A stretch of 63,503 bases of DNA, filler included, from Choristocarpus tenellus KU-1152 (Eukaryota > Protista > Phaeophyceae), in assembly GCA_964200185.2 (NCBI GenBank). It is 13 parts of 13 records of this genome, joined end to end, with 100 filler letters (N's around TTAATTAATTAA, not from the genome) between each part and the next. Parts side by side here need not be neighbours in the genome. Positions count along the whole stretch, not along the records: positions 1 to 2,551 come from CAXNAD020026847.1; positions 2,652 to 6,075 come from CAXNAD020020129.1; positions 6,176 to 11,245 come from CAXNAD020011979.1; positions 11,346 to 18,993 come from CAXNAD020005817.1; 9 more parts are not named here. One strand, 5' to 3'. A model generated the notes under the pieces. The model was not told the DNA's origin and ran no database searches. It saw only the letters and a program-made list of their open reading frames with translations. The position numbers and the translations under genes were made by a program. This document shows, one piece after another, positions 1-12,873 of this stretch (position 1 is the first letter of the stretch; every line of letters starts with the position of its first letter).

Positions 1-101
1 CCCCGAGCCACTCCAATACTTGTGCCAAGGCCCTTCCAAAAAAGAAATAAGATATCTACCAGCTTTCTACCCCCCCCCCCCACCTGCTAGTTTCCTCACT
101 C

Positions 102-2551
102 TCACCTGTCCATACCCTTGGCCACCTTGATGGCCGCAGTGGCATCAAAGACCTCTGAACGCGGGCGCATGGACACACCGACCACTGCCCCTGCCCCAGC
201 CACAATCAGGAACCCTCCCACAATAAAATAGGGACCTGGGAAGTCGCCTATGCCAGCAATGAGGCACTCGATGGTGGCAACGATTGGGTTCGCCAGACAC
301 ACCAGGGAGATCACTAGAGGTGACACATACCTTCATTGGTTTGGGGGTTTGTGCATGCGAGAATGAGAGGGAGTGAAGACAAGTCTGAGTTAGGAGTGCC
401 TTGGAATATTGAAGTTCAAAGGGGGAAGGCAGAGGTATATAGCCAGCCAGGAAGTGTAACTGATGAAGAAATAAAAAAATTAAAAGAACTGATTGCTCTT
501 GTCATGGGCTGGTGTGGAGATAGGGATCGATTCACACCTCCGTAGGAAGGATCTTTCTGATCAAAGCTAAATACACAGTATTTTACACTACTGGCAAACG
601 TTTCACTTCTACAAACAAACAAAACGACACTGTTGAGTAGAGCCAAAAGCCAACGCCTGCCTCACTAGTAAGAAGGGCACTAATGCATTACAACCAAGAG
701 CAATGTGCAGCATGACATACAGAATCGGGTGAATCAATACCTATGGTGGAATGGAGGCCATGTCTCCTATCACAGAATGCACCCCAATCATTCAACACAC
801 GCACAAAGAGCCAGTGACTACACTCTTAAAAAATAAAAAAGGGAAGAAAAAAAAATGGACATTATTCAAACACTGCCCCAGGCATGGTACGCAACATCCT
901 CCACCTAGCCTCACCAACCACAACCCTAACCCTCAAATCTCAAACCATCATCAGTGAAGATCAGTATTCCTACGATCTCATCTTGGAACTTCAACACAAC
1001 GACCTGTGCTAATGGTGACCAGAGAAACCTCCTTCTCATGAGGCAGGCCAAATGCGTCCAAGTAAATTCTTACAAAAATACTGAAAGATATGTATTTCTG
1101 CTGTAACATGTATACCTCTATCATCAATTATCAGTTGGGAAGACCTTGAAAACACTGGAGAGCGTCTACAACAGTAGTAGTAAGCAAGACTCCATCGTCA
1201 GTCCGAACACTGCACTCCCAAAAAAAGAGCCGGTGACCCACTCGTAAAGCACATCATCACTACCATTATCCTTATTATTATTATTATTATCGCCACCACT
1301 CACACACACATAAACCTAAACACAAAATTAAAAGGGAAGCAGTGCTTAAGTCCTCTCCCCCTAGCAAATCTCCACCGTCAGGTACAGTACACACATGCTT
1401 GAAATGAAGACAAAGAAAGGTATAGAAGAGAACGCAACCGTCAACGCAACAATGACTCACTTCAGTAGCAGGAAGAATCCAAGATTCCCCACAACATCTG
1501 CCATTAGGAGTAGTGCAGCAGCCATTAGTCCACAGTTAACGACACGAACAAGAACAAGGGCCGGGTATGGTTGTATCAGAGTATGAGTAGAGTAGAGTAT
1601 GAGTAGAGTAGAGTAGAGTGCACAAAACCCCCCGATCAATATCACGTCCCATGCTGTCGCTTTATTTTTTTTCTGGAGCAATAATTAAAAAACAGAAATA
1701 TGAATATGTGTCGCACGCAGTTAGTTATGCACGCACGTAACAGCGTCAAACAAAGGCACGAGTTTTTTTAACACACACACACACACACACACACAATTTT
1801 GCGTCACAGGAAAAGGCAAGCAGAATACATACATAGAACAAAAAAATTGCAGACAATAAGACACTATCATACTACCACAAAAAATTAAAAGTGTAAGCAG
1901 AGACATCAAGAGGAGAACAGTAAAAAAGAAATATGGACAGCAATTGGGAAAGGAAGGTCGATAGTAGAGGACCATAGTCGATCAGACAGGCTAGACAAGA
2001 TGATGCAGGATTCCATGGACAACTGCTTCGTACCTGCACCAGAATGTAAGCAGTACTTCTTAGATGCATGGATTGACCCCATAGACTACAATATTCCATT
2101 TTCAGGGATGCTTCAAAGCAACACGGTCTTGTGAGTTAATTTCATTTTTTTAAAGGAGAAGGAATACTGCCAATTTTGTCACTAAAAGAAGGGAAAAAAA
2201 TATATATATATATATTTATTTATTTTCACTACAAAACAAAATACCATTCCCAAAAAATTAACCTCAATATTTCACCCATAAAAAAGAAAACATAAGTATC
2301 ATTTTTATCCCTTCCTGCCGGTAAGAACCCCCCCCCCTCCCCCCCTCCCTCCCACACCCCCTCAACCCTCAATAAAGCCACAGAATTTTCTCGATATGTT
2401 CCTTGCCCCTTCCTCTCACCACTAAGCAGAGAGGTGAAGAACTGCGCCGTCATGAGGTCGGGGGATGAAAGCCAACCAAGCAGGCCAATGTCTCCCACCA
2501 ACAGAGCCCTACCCTCAGTACTCCAACCATTAGCCACAATCATCACTAAAG
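102..2551 (-). CDS. EamA/DMT-family membrane transporter, 3' portion (5' end lost in gap)
   Basis: Phase-consistent exons 2551-2420 (donor GTGAGA), 1497-1461 (CAG acceptor, GTGAGT donor) and 330-102 (AAG acceptor) splice to ...IGLLGWLSSPDLMTAQFFTSLLSDVVGNLGFFLLLKYVSPLVISLVCLANPIVATIECLIAGIGDFPGPYFIVGGFLIVAG..., a hydrophobic EamA-type second repeat. The 3' end is either the TGA at 104-102 or a donor GTGAG at 105. Confidence 0.8.
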
Positions 2552-2651
2552 NNNNNNNNNNNNNNNNNNNNNNNNNNNNNNNNNNNNNNNNNNNNTTAAT
2601 TAATTAANNNNNNNNNNNNNNNNNNNNNNNNNNNNNNNNNNNNNNNNNNNN
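2552..2651. other. Artificial contig linker N44-TTAATTAATTAA-N44 (first of 12)
   Basis: The same 100-nt spacer with six-frame stops recurs at 6076, 11246, 18994, 22279, 26327, 32135, 36023, 41591, 44974, 56216 and 59456. Many breaks fall in poly-G tracts or MITE copies. Confidence 0.97.
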
Positions 2652-3012
2652 GTACCCACTGCACTTACAGCAATTGTGGATTGTGTAGAAAGGTGGACCC
2701 GGTGTGTTTGAAGGCATCTTGCAGAGGTTTTCCGCAGCACAAGGAATGGCTTCCACTTTATACCCCTACCAGCAACGTATTGTGCTGCTGTGTGATAGCA
2801 TGACCCAGGAAGAAGGGCACTTTTCGCGAGAAATTTTTACGCGCGAACCAAACTCGCGTGAATATATATGGGATGCTGTGCCAAGTCACCCGAATACGAG
2901 AATTCCGGTACAAAAGTCTATTTTTTTGAGCATGTCAAAAAAATCCGTACAACATTGCATGTTTTTCGATTTGGTTCATAATATTTGGCCCAAAATAAGG
3001 TAACCTACTGTA
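2652..3012 (-). mobile_element. Possible terminus of a Tc1/pogo-like DNA element
   Basis: CpG-rich segment ending ...GGTAACCTACTG|TA, which reads TA-CAGTAG... on the minus strand, a pogo/Tc1-type end. The partner end is not visible. Confidence 0.25.
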
Positions 3013-3300
3013 CTACTTAAGGAAAGTATTTTGATTCGTCAAAGTTTATCACACCTCGAATTATTATTATATTATGTAATAGGCAATCAAGTATATTGAG
3101 AAAATCGACCTCAAAAATAGTTGTATAGACTTGGTGTTCCTTTCTCATGTTCATGTTACCTCCCTTACCATTATACCATTTCAGGTTGAAGGGATTTGCT
3201 CTGAGATATCACCACTTTGCCCATTAAAGTCCGATAGTCTGACACGTCGTATTGTAGGGCGAGTCGAAGATTTGTAGTGCCACCCAAATTTATTCAGACA

Positions 3301-4302
3301 ATGAAGCTTCTCCTCTCCGCCACTTTGTGTGGCCTTCTCATCAAGAAGACCTTGGGTTTCTTCTCACCACCCACGCTTACCAATTACCGCCATACGACTC
3401 GTACATATCCCCTTTCATCTGTCACTACCATGACAGCATATGCTCCGGAGAATCTAGCTGCTGCGTGGGACAACCATTTCTCTGCCTTTGGAGCTCAGGA
3501 TGTGAGTAAAGAGGTCGATTGTCCTTCAGAACCTACTCAATTATCATTTTGAAACCTGTTCATCAACTGCCATAGAGGTGTATTTACCCTTCATTCCCTA
3601 TGGCAACTTACAATTGCTACGGTGATCGAGGCGGCATCCTACACTCCTCTTGATTGACGTCGTGCGACTTTGAGATTTACGACTCTCCCAAGCATTCGCT
3701 GGTGCCATTCTCGCTGCAACATCGCCAATGTCTACTTCATGTTGCTGGGAAAATAGGTGGACAAAATACTGCTGGACTATGACGACAACAGCAAAATTAC
3801 CACTTGGAACCTGGTCACGGATGAGAAGGAGGTCTACGAAGGGGTTGAGGTAAGCCAGTAGTTCCATCATGGCAAGCGTACGTTTATTCCTTAGATATAA
3901 TTCTTGTCCAGTGTCCGTTTTTCAACTCGTTGTAAGAGTTGAGGGTGTTGCTCATTGTGATGAACCTCATGCTAGCGATTCCCAATGCGATTCATCCTAC
4001 ATGATTTCTTACAGTAAATTGCGTTTACTCCTATCGCCATTATTTTCTCAAAGGGAGCAAGAACCCTGTTCGAGGGCCTCTTCAAGGCACTTCCCGACCT
4101 CAGTGACCTAGGTGCACCCCTGATTGAGCTGGAAGAGTGCGTACCGGGTATGCCCCTCGTTGATCCGCAAGAAACCACAAAGACCGTGTTCCTTATATGG
4201 CGATGCCCTGCTTCTGGCATTCTGGATGCGGTGGACAACTTTATCTTCAATGACGACTTGAAGATTCATCGTCAAACCGTTGCTTTCCGTCCCTCTGCCT
4301 GA
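3301..4302 (+). CDS. Plastid-targeted SnoaL/NTF2-like domain protein (~180 aa, 3 exons, complete)
   Basis: Exons 3301-3501, 3757-3849 and 4054-4302, joined by phase-0 GT-AG introns. Signal peptide MKLLLSATLCGLLIKKTLG is followed by F at +1 (FFSPP) and an S/T/R-rich transit peptide. Core WDNHFSAFGAQDVDKILLDY...VFLIWRCPASG..DNFIFNDDLKIHRQT has the NTF2/SnoaL pattern. Confidence 0.88.
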
Positions 4303-6220
4303 AGGTGAGCCCTGTTACTACTTTAAAGTATCATACCAATCATTCCAAATACCTCTGCCTCAAGAGGTGTGAAGGATGACTGTTCTGCACAGCAAAAGAA
4401 TATTGTGAACATACTGCCATAGAGGCTGTTGCACTGTTTGATTGCTGATTGTGAGTCTCTTTCTAGTTGAATCTTCCTAATTGGAGTAAGGGTTACATGG
4501 AATTGTTCAGATATTGGATATTTTGTCAAGTCGTTTCTCCTTGTCCCCTTGGTACTCTGGAGAGGGACAATTGAAAGAACCACTTCCTGCAACATTGTAA
4601 ATTCTGAATTGGATCACTTCTTCGACATAAAACTGTTTCTCCTATCCCTTCAGGTTTGGGGTATGGAACAGGACGGTAAACACACCAAAGAGACCTAGGA
4701 ATCTCTGCTCCAATGGTAGTAAAAATATTAGTTGAGTTGTGTATGCAAGGTTGCAAACAGCACCATATTCCTTACCAAGGTGTATTCAGCAGGTTGTGAA
4801 CATGAGAGGATCATTCATACTGGTATGAAAACTAGGCCTTATTTTGTAACTTTATCAATGATCAAAATTGCTGTTGGTATCGTTCACAAAAATGCTGCAT
4901 CATCTCTTGCCTTTGTGCCTGTAGAGTCCTCAACCACCACACCGAAATTGTGACCGATTTGTAGTTGTGGTGACAGCCTCCCCACATTCCTCTTTCCTCT
5001 ACAATAAAAAAAACGTATTCCTTATTCACATTCTTCAGCCCACCCAACACTCCCTCCCAGATGATGCAATATGATGCCATTGAAGGCAAGGATCTACCCT
5101 GTTTTCCCTATCTGATGTCAAACTCCATTACTCTGGTGTTGCTGATGAGATCCATGTGGTGATGCTGTGACAAGAATGAATGCCAGGCACACCAGCCCAT
5201 GGTATGCATAGTTTACGACTTGGTTCTTAAACTGTTGAATTGGACATCTGGTTGACTTTGGCACATGTGCGTGGAACTTGGACTAATAACAGGGGTAGGC
5301 ACAGACTAAGGGTAGAATGGAGGCACACCTACTACAGCGATGGAGGGTGACTGGGGTTGCTAGACTCAAAGTGCAGGGATTCAGCATTCAAGAGAGTGAG
5401 GGCCAGTCGTTGGTCTGTTTTATTTTTGGAATGTCTTGGGAGTGGAAGGGATGCGGCAAAAAGAATGTAGGACATCAAGTCATGACTCAGTAAGTCAGAG
5501 GTACATGGAAATAATTGGGGGAGCCGCTGGGTGCTCCTCTCAGGTTACTTGTGTTATGAATAGTCGCTTACTTGTTCCTCAACTAAATTCTCATTCAGTG
5601 GTCTCAATTGAGGTTAGAATTGGATTAATGCATTGGGGGCGAGGAGGGTGGAAGCAGGCAGGGTGTCAAGGTTTCAAGCGGCAATTGTTTGCCTTGGAAG
5701 TTTTGTGGTAGATCTGTTGTTAACGTTCCCATTTTAATCAGCTTGCCAGGGCTTGAACAGCAATGACGAAGCTGTGAGGCAACAGAGGATATAGGATGAG
5801 GTTTATCCAATTTACCCTTGGTTCCGATACGGACGTCCTCATTTTGGGGTAAATTATCATTTAACCTCTGCATCCATACATTAATTTCTTTCTTTAATGA
5901 TAATGCTACTGTATGGGGATTATCGGATAGACCTAGTGTATTACAATGATGCTGTATTTTTTGCATGTGGTAGATACCCCCCCCCTCCCCTCAAACACCC
6001 GACACGTGCTAGGAGCAAGGAGGAGTGAAAATCCCTGTTCATCTGCATTTTTCTTCACCTTCTCAACTGGATGATNNNNNNNNNNNNNNNNNNNNNNNNN
6101 NNNNNNNNNNNNNNNNNNNTTAATTAATTAANNNNNNNNNNNNNNNNNNNNNNNNNNNNNNNNNNNNNNNNNNNNCACACCAACAATCCATGGCCAGTAC
6201 CATCCTGCATGTGAGCAGCG

Positions 6221-6261
<41 letters not shown>

Positions 6262-6326
6262 TAGGGAGGCTTGCTTGTGTGGGGACAGAAGAGTGTAAAA
6301 AACGATCCAGAAAGGTTTCGCAATAC

Positions 6327-9300
6327 CTGCTTGGCGAATCCCTTCACCACAGAGAGGGCAAAAGAGCCATCTCGAAGGTCCAGCAGCTCCTGAAGGTAGG
6401 GTTGCGCCAGTCTTGTCAAGTCGTATCTAAGATGTGCCACACAAGAGAACATCAGTCACACCCAAGAAAATTGCAGAGGGGAGGGAAGAGACAAAATGCT
6501 CTTAGCTGCAGAAGCATCCAATGTTACCCTACCAACCTTTGCAGATCCCTACAAGGGATCGACCAATCAGGGAAGAGACAGGGAACATTGCAGAGTCTTA
6601 GCTTTGCCTTCTCTCTAGCCCGGCCCCCTGCCTAAAATTTTGCACGCAGTGGAAACCTGGAGGTCCTAAAGAGAGACCCTTTGGCAACACTTGTCTCATA
6701 CCATCACCATCCTTGACAACTCCAGTTCAGGTCGCCAGACTAGCCCCGTCTACGACTAAGATCAAACCCAGCCATGATCCCTGCCCAGACAGCCCCCAGG
6801 CAAAAAGGCATCGCATCAAGACAGAGCATGTCCTCGTTTAGTGCGCTTGATATGATACTTAAAAAAAAAAAAAAAAACTCCATATGCCCACTGCTTACTT
6901 GGAGTCCAGGCCTTTGCCAATGCCATCCAATGATGTGAACGCCCTGAACACGAACGTGAAAGTCGGGGGGAACTTGAACGGAACATCCCCAGAGACAGAA
7001 AGTAAGTCTTCCCCCAGCTTCGCCCTTCGAGCCTTGCGGATAGCCTTTTTCTCCTCCTAGCTCACCCCACAAACAAACACAAGTGGAGGGGAGGGGAGGG
7101 ATTGAGTCAATGCTCTCATCATCACAACTGCAACAAATTTCTGGTGAAACGGAACAAATCTCCTTCGAAAGTCCGTGGCGAAGGGATCCCACTCACAAGG
7201 AGACATGCTATGCACACTCTTCTTAAGCCTTTCTCAATTTTTGTATGACTTGTGAAAAGGCGTTGCGGGGGCACAAAGAGTGGGAACAACAGGCGTGGCG
7301 ATTACTGCTCTGTACTTCAGAGCTGCATAGCATGTTGCAGCTAAGGCGTGATGACAAGCACATCATGTGTACAAATCAGTGCGCAAGGCATTCCCCCAAC
7401 CTCATGACAATACCGTATCAACAGGTTTCTTGGTTACACACATCAGAGTATCAAGAGGAATGTATAGCTAGGCAATACCACAAACTGTGTGTGTGTGTGT
7501 GTGTGTCACCAAAACTTCAACTAGAAAAAAACGGCAGAGGTGCATGATACAATACATGTAACAGTTGTAACCAACTAGTATGGCACATACATATATATCA
7601 AACAGCCACCCTAACCGCCACCCTAATCCCAACCCTAACCCTGTACCTTTCACACACCTCAGGCAACGGCACACTTTCTAAACACTACGTTAACACTCTG
7701 TGTCCACCTTCCTCAAAGCTTTACATAGTAATGGTACAAAACATGTGCTAAGTACATTCCAGGCCAGAGTGTTCGCGTGTAACACAAGCGTTGTACACCC
7801 TTTGTTGGGACTGGGGTGTTACTACCAGGCACTTTATCATGTCATGATTTACGTTTTCATCTCCAGCGATACAAACATAACATAGTGTTGAGTGTTACGT
7901 TGTCCAAGATGTGGCACCTTCATTCACGATGCAAGCACACAACCAACTCCAACACCAACTTTTTCAAACCGACCATACACATCGACTACATCTACACAAC
8001 CTACACAGGTACCCCAACACCCATAAAGTCAACACTACATACAAGCCGTACTGCGTGTGACAAACTTACACCACCACTAAATCTGCCAGATATAAAATCA
8101 CGCCTATTTTAGCAACCAATAAAGAACACAACAACCAGCGAGAGCACTGATCACACTGCAACATTTAAACGGTCTTAGGCAACACCGAACAGGGACTGGA
8201 TAGAGATCTCAGGGGGAATGCATCATATCGGCTATTGTTGTTCCTTGTCAGACCTTATCCCATGCCCCATGCCCCTCGACCTTGGCATGGTAGAAGACAG
8301 GAAGGAATGAGGTGGGGGGTGGGAGGGGGGGGGGAGGAGGGGTAGGACAGAGGACTGAAAAGCAACAAGCCTGGTGGCCATGATCACCTTCTCCATCTCC
8401 GACGTCCACTTCGCATCCTTTCCGTTTTGCAGAGTATTGGTGAACTCCTGTAAGAACGACCTCGCAATCTTCTCCACACTGTGGACATTGACACCAGTAA
8501 AGTTTAGATCAAATGTGTGTGTGTGTGTGTGTTATGTGTGTTGTGTGCATGTTGTTTGTGTTGTGTGTTCGTGTGTGTGAATTAGTCTTGAGAAAAAACT
8601 TGTCCCCAAAGACAACGACAACAACAACAGTCCAAGGGTTCAAAGACATAAACCAGAAAAAGGAGAAGTCTTCACAATAGAAAACAGAACACATCATCTT
8701 TGAAAGCAAAAGTTCAACTAGTCAACTTCAACCTTCACTACTCTCACCACCGCTTTCACTTTCAACAAAACCTTCACTACACTCCCAAAGACTTTCATCA
8801 AATATTAAAACTTACACTCTCCAAGAGCCTGCCCTGCTACTCTCACCCCCTTGCCCTCACTCAAAATCACCAGTAGTATTCTTGTATCATATTTGTTGCC
8901 CTCTCCTATCAGCAAATCAACACTTCAGACCACTCACTTTGAACAAATACACCATGCGAACACAATATTCCACAGCCTGCTAACCACACTGACAGATCTC
9001 AGTACCATTTCCAACAAAGGGGCCTAATGCAGCACACAACCAACAAGCTACCAACACTCATCAACCTTAACCCCATCCCCATCCCCAACCCCCAACCCCC
9101 ACCCCACCGCCTCCATACCAACCACCCCAGAACCTCAATCCTAGATTTGAATATGACGAAAAACTCCTGGCCCCCGATGTACAAAACTATAGATTAAAAA
9201 AATCGCATGGGCCGCTCATATGAAAAAAAAAAACAGAATTTTCAGCTGTAAAGTTATTGGGAGGTTCATGGGTCAGTATGAAAATACACTGCTGACAGTG

Positions 9301-9774
9301 TACACTCAATCCATCATACAGTCATCTGTTTCTTTTAAAGGTATACCCTACCACTGGCTAATCTGGAATGCAATATACATCCCTGCTCCACCCATACCCA
9401 TACCCCTCCCCCAGCCCATTCAATCTCCCCAACTTTCAATTTCCAAAACCATTTTTCCAATTTCCAAAGTCCACCCTCTCCCAGCCCATTCAATCTCCCC
9501 CACTTTCAATTCCCAAAACAATTTTTCCAATTTCCAAAGCCCACCCTCTCCCCTCAAATCCCCCACCCCCAATCTTCTTGCCTGATTCGATCTGCCCCAG
9601 CCTTGAGGATCCCCATCTCCACCAAGGCATCACAGCATGCCCTCGCATCGTTCTCATAGGTGGAAAAGATGAGGTTGACCAGTCCAGACTTAACATTGGG
9701 CCTGAACTCATCCATCATCCCAAAGTCATAGAAGATGAGTCGGCCCCCGTTGCTCTCATCGCAGGCCACATTTC
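6327..9774 (-). CDS. ABC1/UbiB atypical kinase, plastid ABC1K7/ABC1K8 type (internal exons only)
   Basis: Exons 9774-9582, 8478-8388, 7056-6899 and 6426-6327 join in phase: (G)[22 protein letters not shown]...[13 protein letters not shown]...[70 protein letters not shown]. The DFGMM and PFxFPxTFTFV..LDGIGKGLD motifs are typical of ABC1K7/8. N- and C-terminal exons were not found. Confidence 0.92.
9411..9550. repeat. 70-bp intronic tandem duplication (2 copies)
   Basis: 9411-9480 and 9481-9550 differ at 4 positions; they lie ~30 nt inside the GC-AG intron of the ABC1K gene. Confidence 0.9.
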
Positions 9775-12700
9775 CTTTTTTTGTATATAAATAAATAAAA
9801 TAAAATACATTTTTTTATTTTTCTCATTTAATGGAGTTTTTTTCATATTTTACATCAATATTTCAATATGTTTCAATTTTGATTTCCAGAAGGCTCATGA
9901 TTTAAGAGAAGAGACAAAAGGGGGTGGAACTACTCTCAGGATTAGGGCTCGGGGGATTTTTTTTTCTAGCAGTGACAAATTAAAGACAAGAGGCAGGCAG
10001 CACAGTTTTTTCTTTCTTAAATTCAGGTACATCAGGATTTGAGAAAAGTCTTCAGAGAGCTAACTCAAAAGGGTGAGAGAACTATTCAACACCAAAACAA
10101 AAATTAAAATGAGATGTCACTGATCTCTGGAATACGGAATCATAATCATTTCAGTCAATTTCATACGCATTCCTGGTTCCATCTTTTTTTGGCTGTGTTC
10201 ATATTCCTCATTCTTGATATGTTTCTAATGGTAGAGTTTAGGGATCAAAAAAAAAAAATCCTCACCCTGCAATGACACAAAAAATAAAAGATACGATTGA
10301 CGGGTTACTTACTACTATGAACAAAAAAAATAAAAACAAGAGATGATGAAAGACACAAAACCAAGAATTTTTTTGCTTCTAACTTTTTTCATCGAGGTAG
10401 TCTTTTTTTCACACATTCAACCCACACAGAAATAATAAAAATATTGTTAAGTGCTTCTGATGTGAAACAAAAAAGAGAGAGGAAAAGAATGTGTGTGTGT
10501 GTGGACTGCTGAAGTGAGTGGAATCGTCGACATTACAACGAGTCAGTCAGGACCGAGATCAACCTCAATCAGATACAATGGAGAGACAGCAGCGACTACA
10601 TGTGCACCACGGCAAAAAACAAACATATATATATATGTATATATATATGTAGATATTTATTTATAGTTGTTGGGAAAAGAAAAAAAATAGGTTTAGGGTT
10701 AGGGTTTAACCAACAACAAAAAAAGTTAACATGAAAAAAAAAAAGATAAAAACTTCCATTGAACCCGTTCACGCCTACATAACCTAGCGCCAGCTCCGCC
10801 AATCTGCCAGTCTAATTGCTCACAATTACACATTTTGAGGTCCTGCTTGACAACCATTTTACAATCTCTCTCTCTCTCTCTGTATGTGCGCACGCGTGTG
10901 TGTGTGTGTGTCAAGGTTAATGAATGTCGAGTGGTAGAGGGAAGCAGTACTACACCTGGATGAAAGAGGTGAGAGAGCGCCGATCATCTCCACAGGAATT
11001 CTGTTGTCAACTACAACAACATAACCATCACATCACCACTACATACTCTATCTACACCCTGTCAAAAGGTGCAATGTCACAAACACAGCAATATAACTAG
11101 CTTCCACTCTAACAGCAGACAGGATAGGACAACACTAAGGCAACGAACAGGTACCAACCCAAACATGGAACTACAGGTATCCAACAGCAGGAGGGTGGGG
11201 GGGGGGGGGGGGGGGGGGGGGAGGAGACGGCACCGAACAGAACACNNNNNNNNNNNNNNNNNNNNNNNNNNNNNNNNNNNNNNNNNNNNTTAATTAATTA
11301 ANNNNNNNNNNNNNNNNNNNNNNNNNNNNNNNNNNNNNNNNNNNNCCCCTCATAAACCATCCCCCCCCTCAGATACTTTGATCCACAGATCCCACAAACA
11401 AGGCAAGGAATACCCCAGCTTTGGCCGCCCATTTGAGGAAGGATGTGCAGTATACCAGTGGGACATCCCAAACGTCGAGGATACTTGTATGACGGCCACA
11501 TTGCCCCTGCGATGTCGTACATACGCATTCACCCCATGCGATCTGGCTGTCATGTTTCTTCAGATGACAGAACATGGTAATTGGGGAATTTCAAAATCCT
11601 CCATGATGGTCGCCGACGTCACCAGAGGCATCCGAGTCTTGTGCTCTCTCGGCCCCAGGAATTGCGCCACCATGCTGTTCTTCGTAGAGTTATTTGAGAC
11701 TGGACCCCAAACAGACCTCTGGACCGAAGATTTGTGGGCGACGGGTGACGATGGGATGAGTGAGCTGGTCGAGCGACGGGAGGCCTTTGTCCTAGGTATC
11801 CCAATTAAATAACTGCTATGGCAGCTTCACGAGATTTTTGAACCCGTGAAATGTGACTTAGTCGACTTTGCACCGTCTTCCACTTCACCATCTCCTTCAA
11901 TGCAAACGCCTTCAACCGTTGGAGCAGTTTTCTGGAAACCTCATTAATAGCCTGATTTTATAAGAAAACGTTGGCATATCTTGAATTGGTAGGTATATGT
12001 GACGTTTGTCACCCCTAAATTAACAGAACAAACTCTGTTAACACTTACGTATTCTTAGGGGGTAGGAAGCCAGAAACGTCTGTACCGTTCAAATGTTTGA
12101 GGAGGTAGGTAAGTGATGGAAACATCTATGTGTGATATGTGTCATCATTTTGTTCTTTATCCGTTACACTTATTCATAACACAGATATTATGAGAGTCAT
12201 TAAGGATAAAAGAAAAAATGTTCGACTCCAACAAACGTCAGGAAATCACGCTTCACCAATTTTCTACCCAAACTCACATCAAAACGTCATTTGTACTTGA
12301 AAATAATTTACTTGAAACGTGGATCAGCAGGCATAGCAAGTGCATCTACTTCAACTTGCATATGTGAAATCGTTTCACCAACTAAATTGGAAGAATATTG
12401 ACAAAATGAGTACGTGTGTTCTGGTCAAAAAATGTATGACTCTTAGTATGGAGTAAAAAAAAGATAATATAGTTAATCAAGACAGTCAACAAAATCTATG
12501 GAATCTATGACTTTGATTGTGAATCATAGTGAGTCACCATCACCAAAACAATGGTGAACTTGAGGAAGAGGACATTGTGGAATTGGAAGGAGGACAGCTG
12601 AAGGTTGGAGGTAGCTTGTACAAACACTCAAAGTTACTAGAAGAGAAGATCAGACACAGGGAAGAGGAAAGCGACTCCAAGGAGTTTCGAGGGGGGACGG

Positions 12701-12873
12701 ATTTATTGGGGAGACTAGTTCTATTGGACGGGCGCGCATTTTGGTACTGTGGAGGAAACCATAGTGTACCTGAGGTCATCAGGTGGAAGGCTCGAAGGAA
12801 GGAAATCAGGATCCTATACTAACAGGAAAAGACGTCCGTGTCGGTGGACGGCTTAGGCGAACGGGTGACGGCT

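Noticed and set aside
2596-2607. Recurrent TTAATTAATTAA motif
   Set aside because: Always centred in N44 runs; an artificial six-frame-stop linker, not biological.
4862-5966. Candidate C-terminal exons of ABC1K
   Set aside because: No LKxRVR/SERAF-type conserved motifs in any frame; probably UTR or intergenic, with the real exons lost in the gap.
10255-10285. TGCAG-G-GTGAG on the minus strand as a 1-nt micro-exon of ABC1K
   Set aside because: The phase would fit, but the upstream DPHP exon was not found, so there is no independent support.
11385-11950. CpG-rich stretch with overlapping ORFs
   Set aside because: No recognisable motif and stops interrupt the best frames; probably a decayed element but unassignable.
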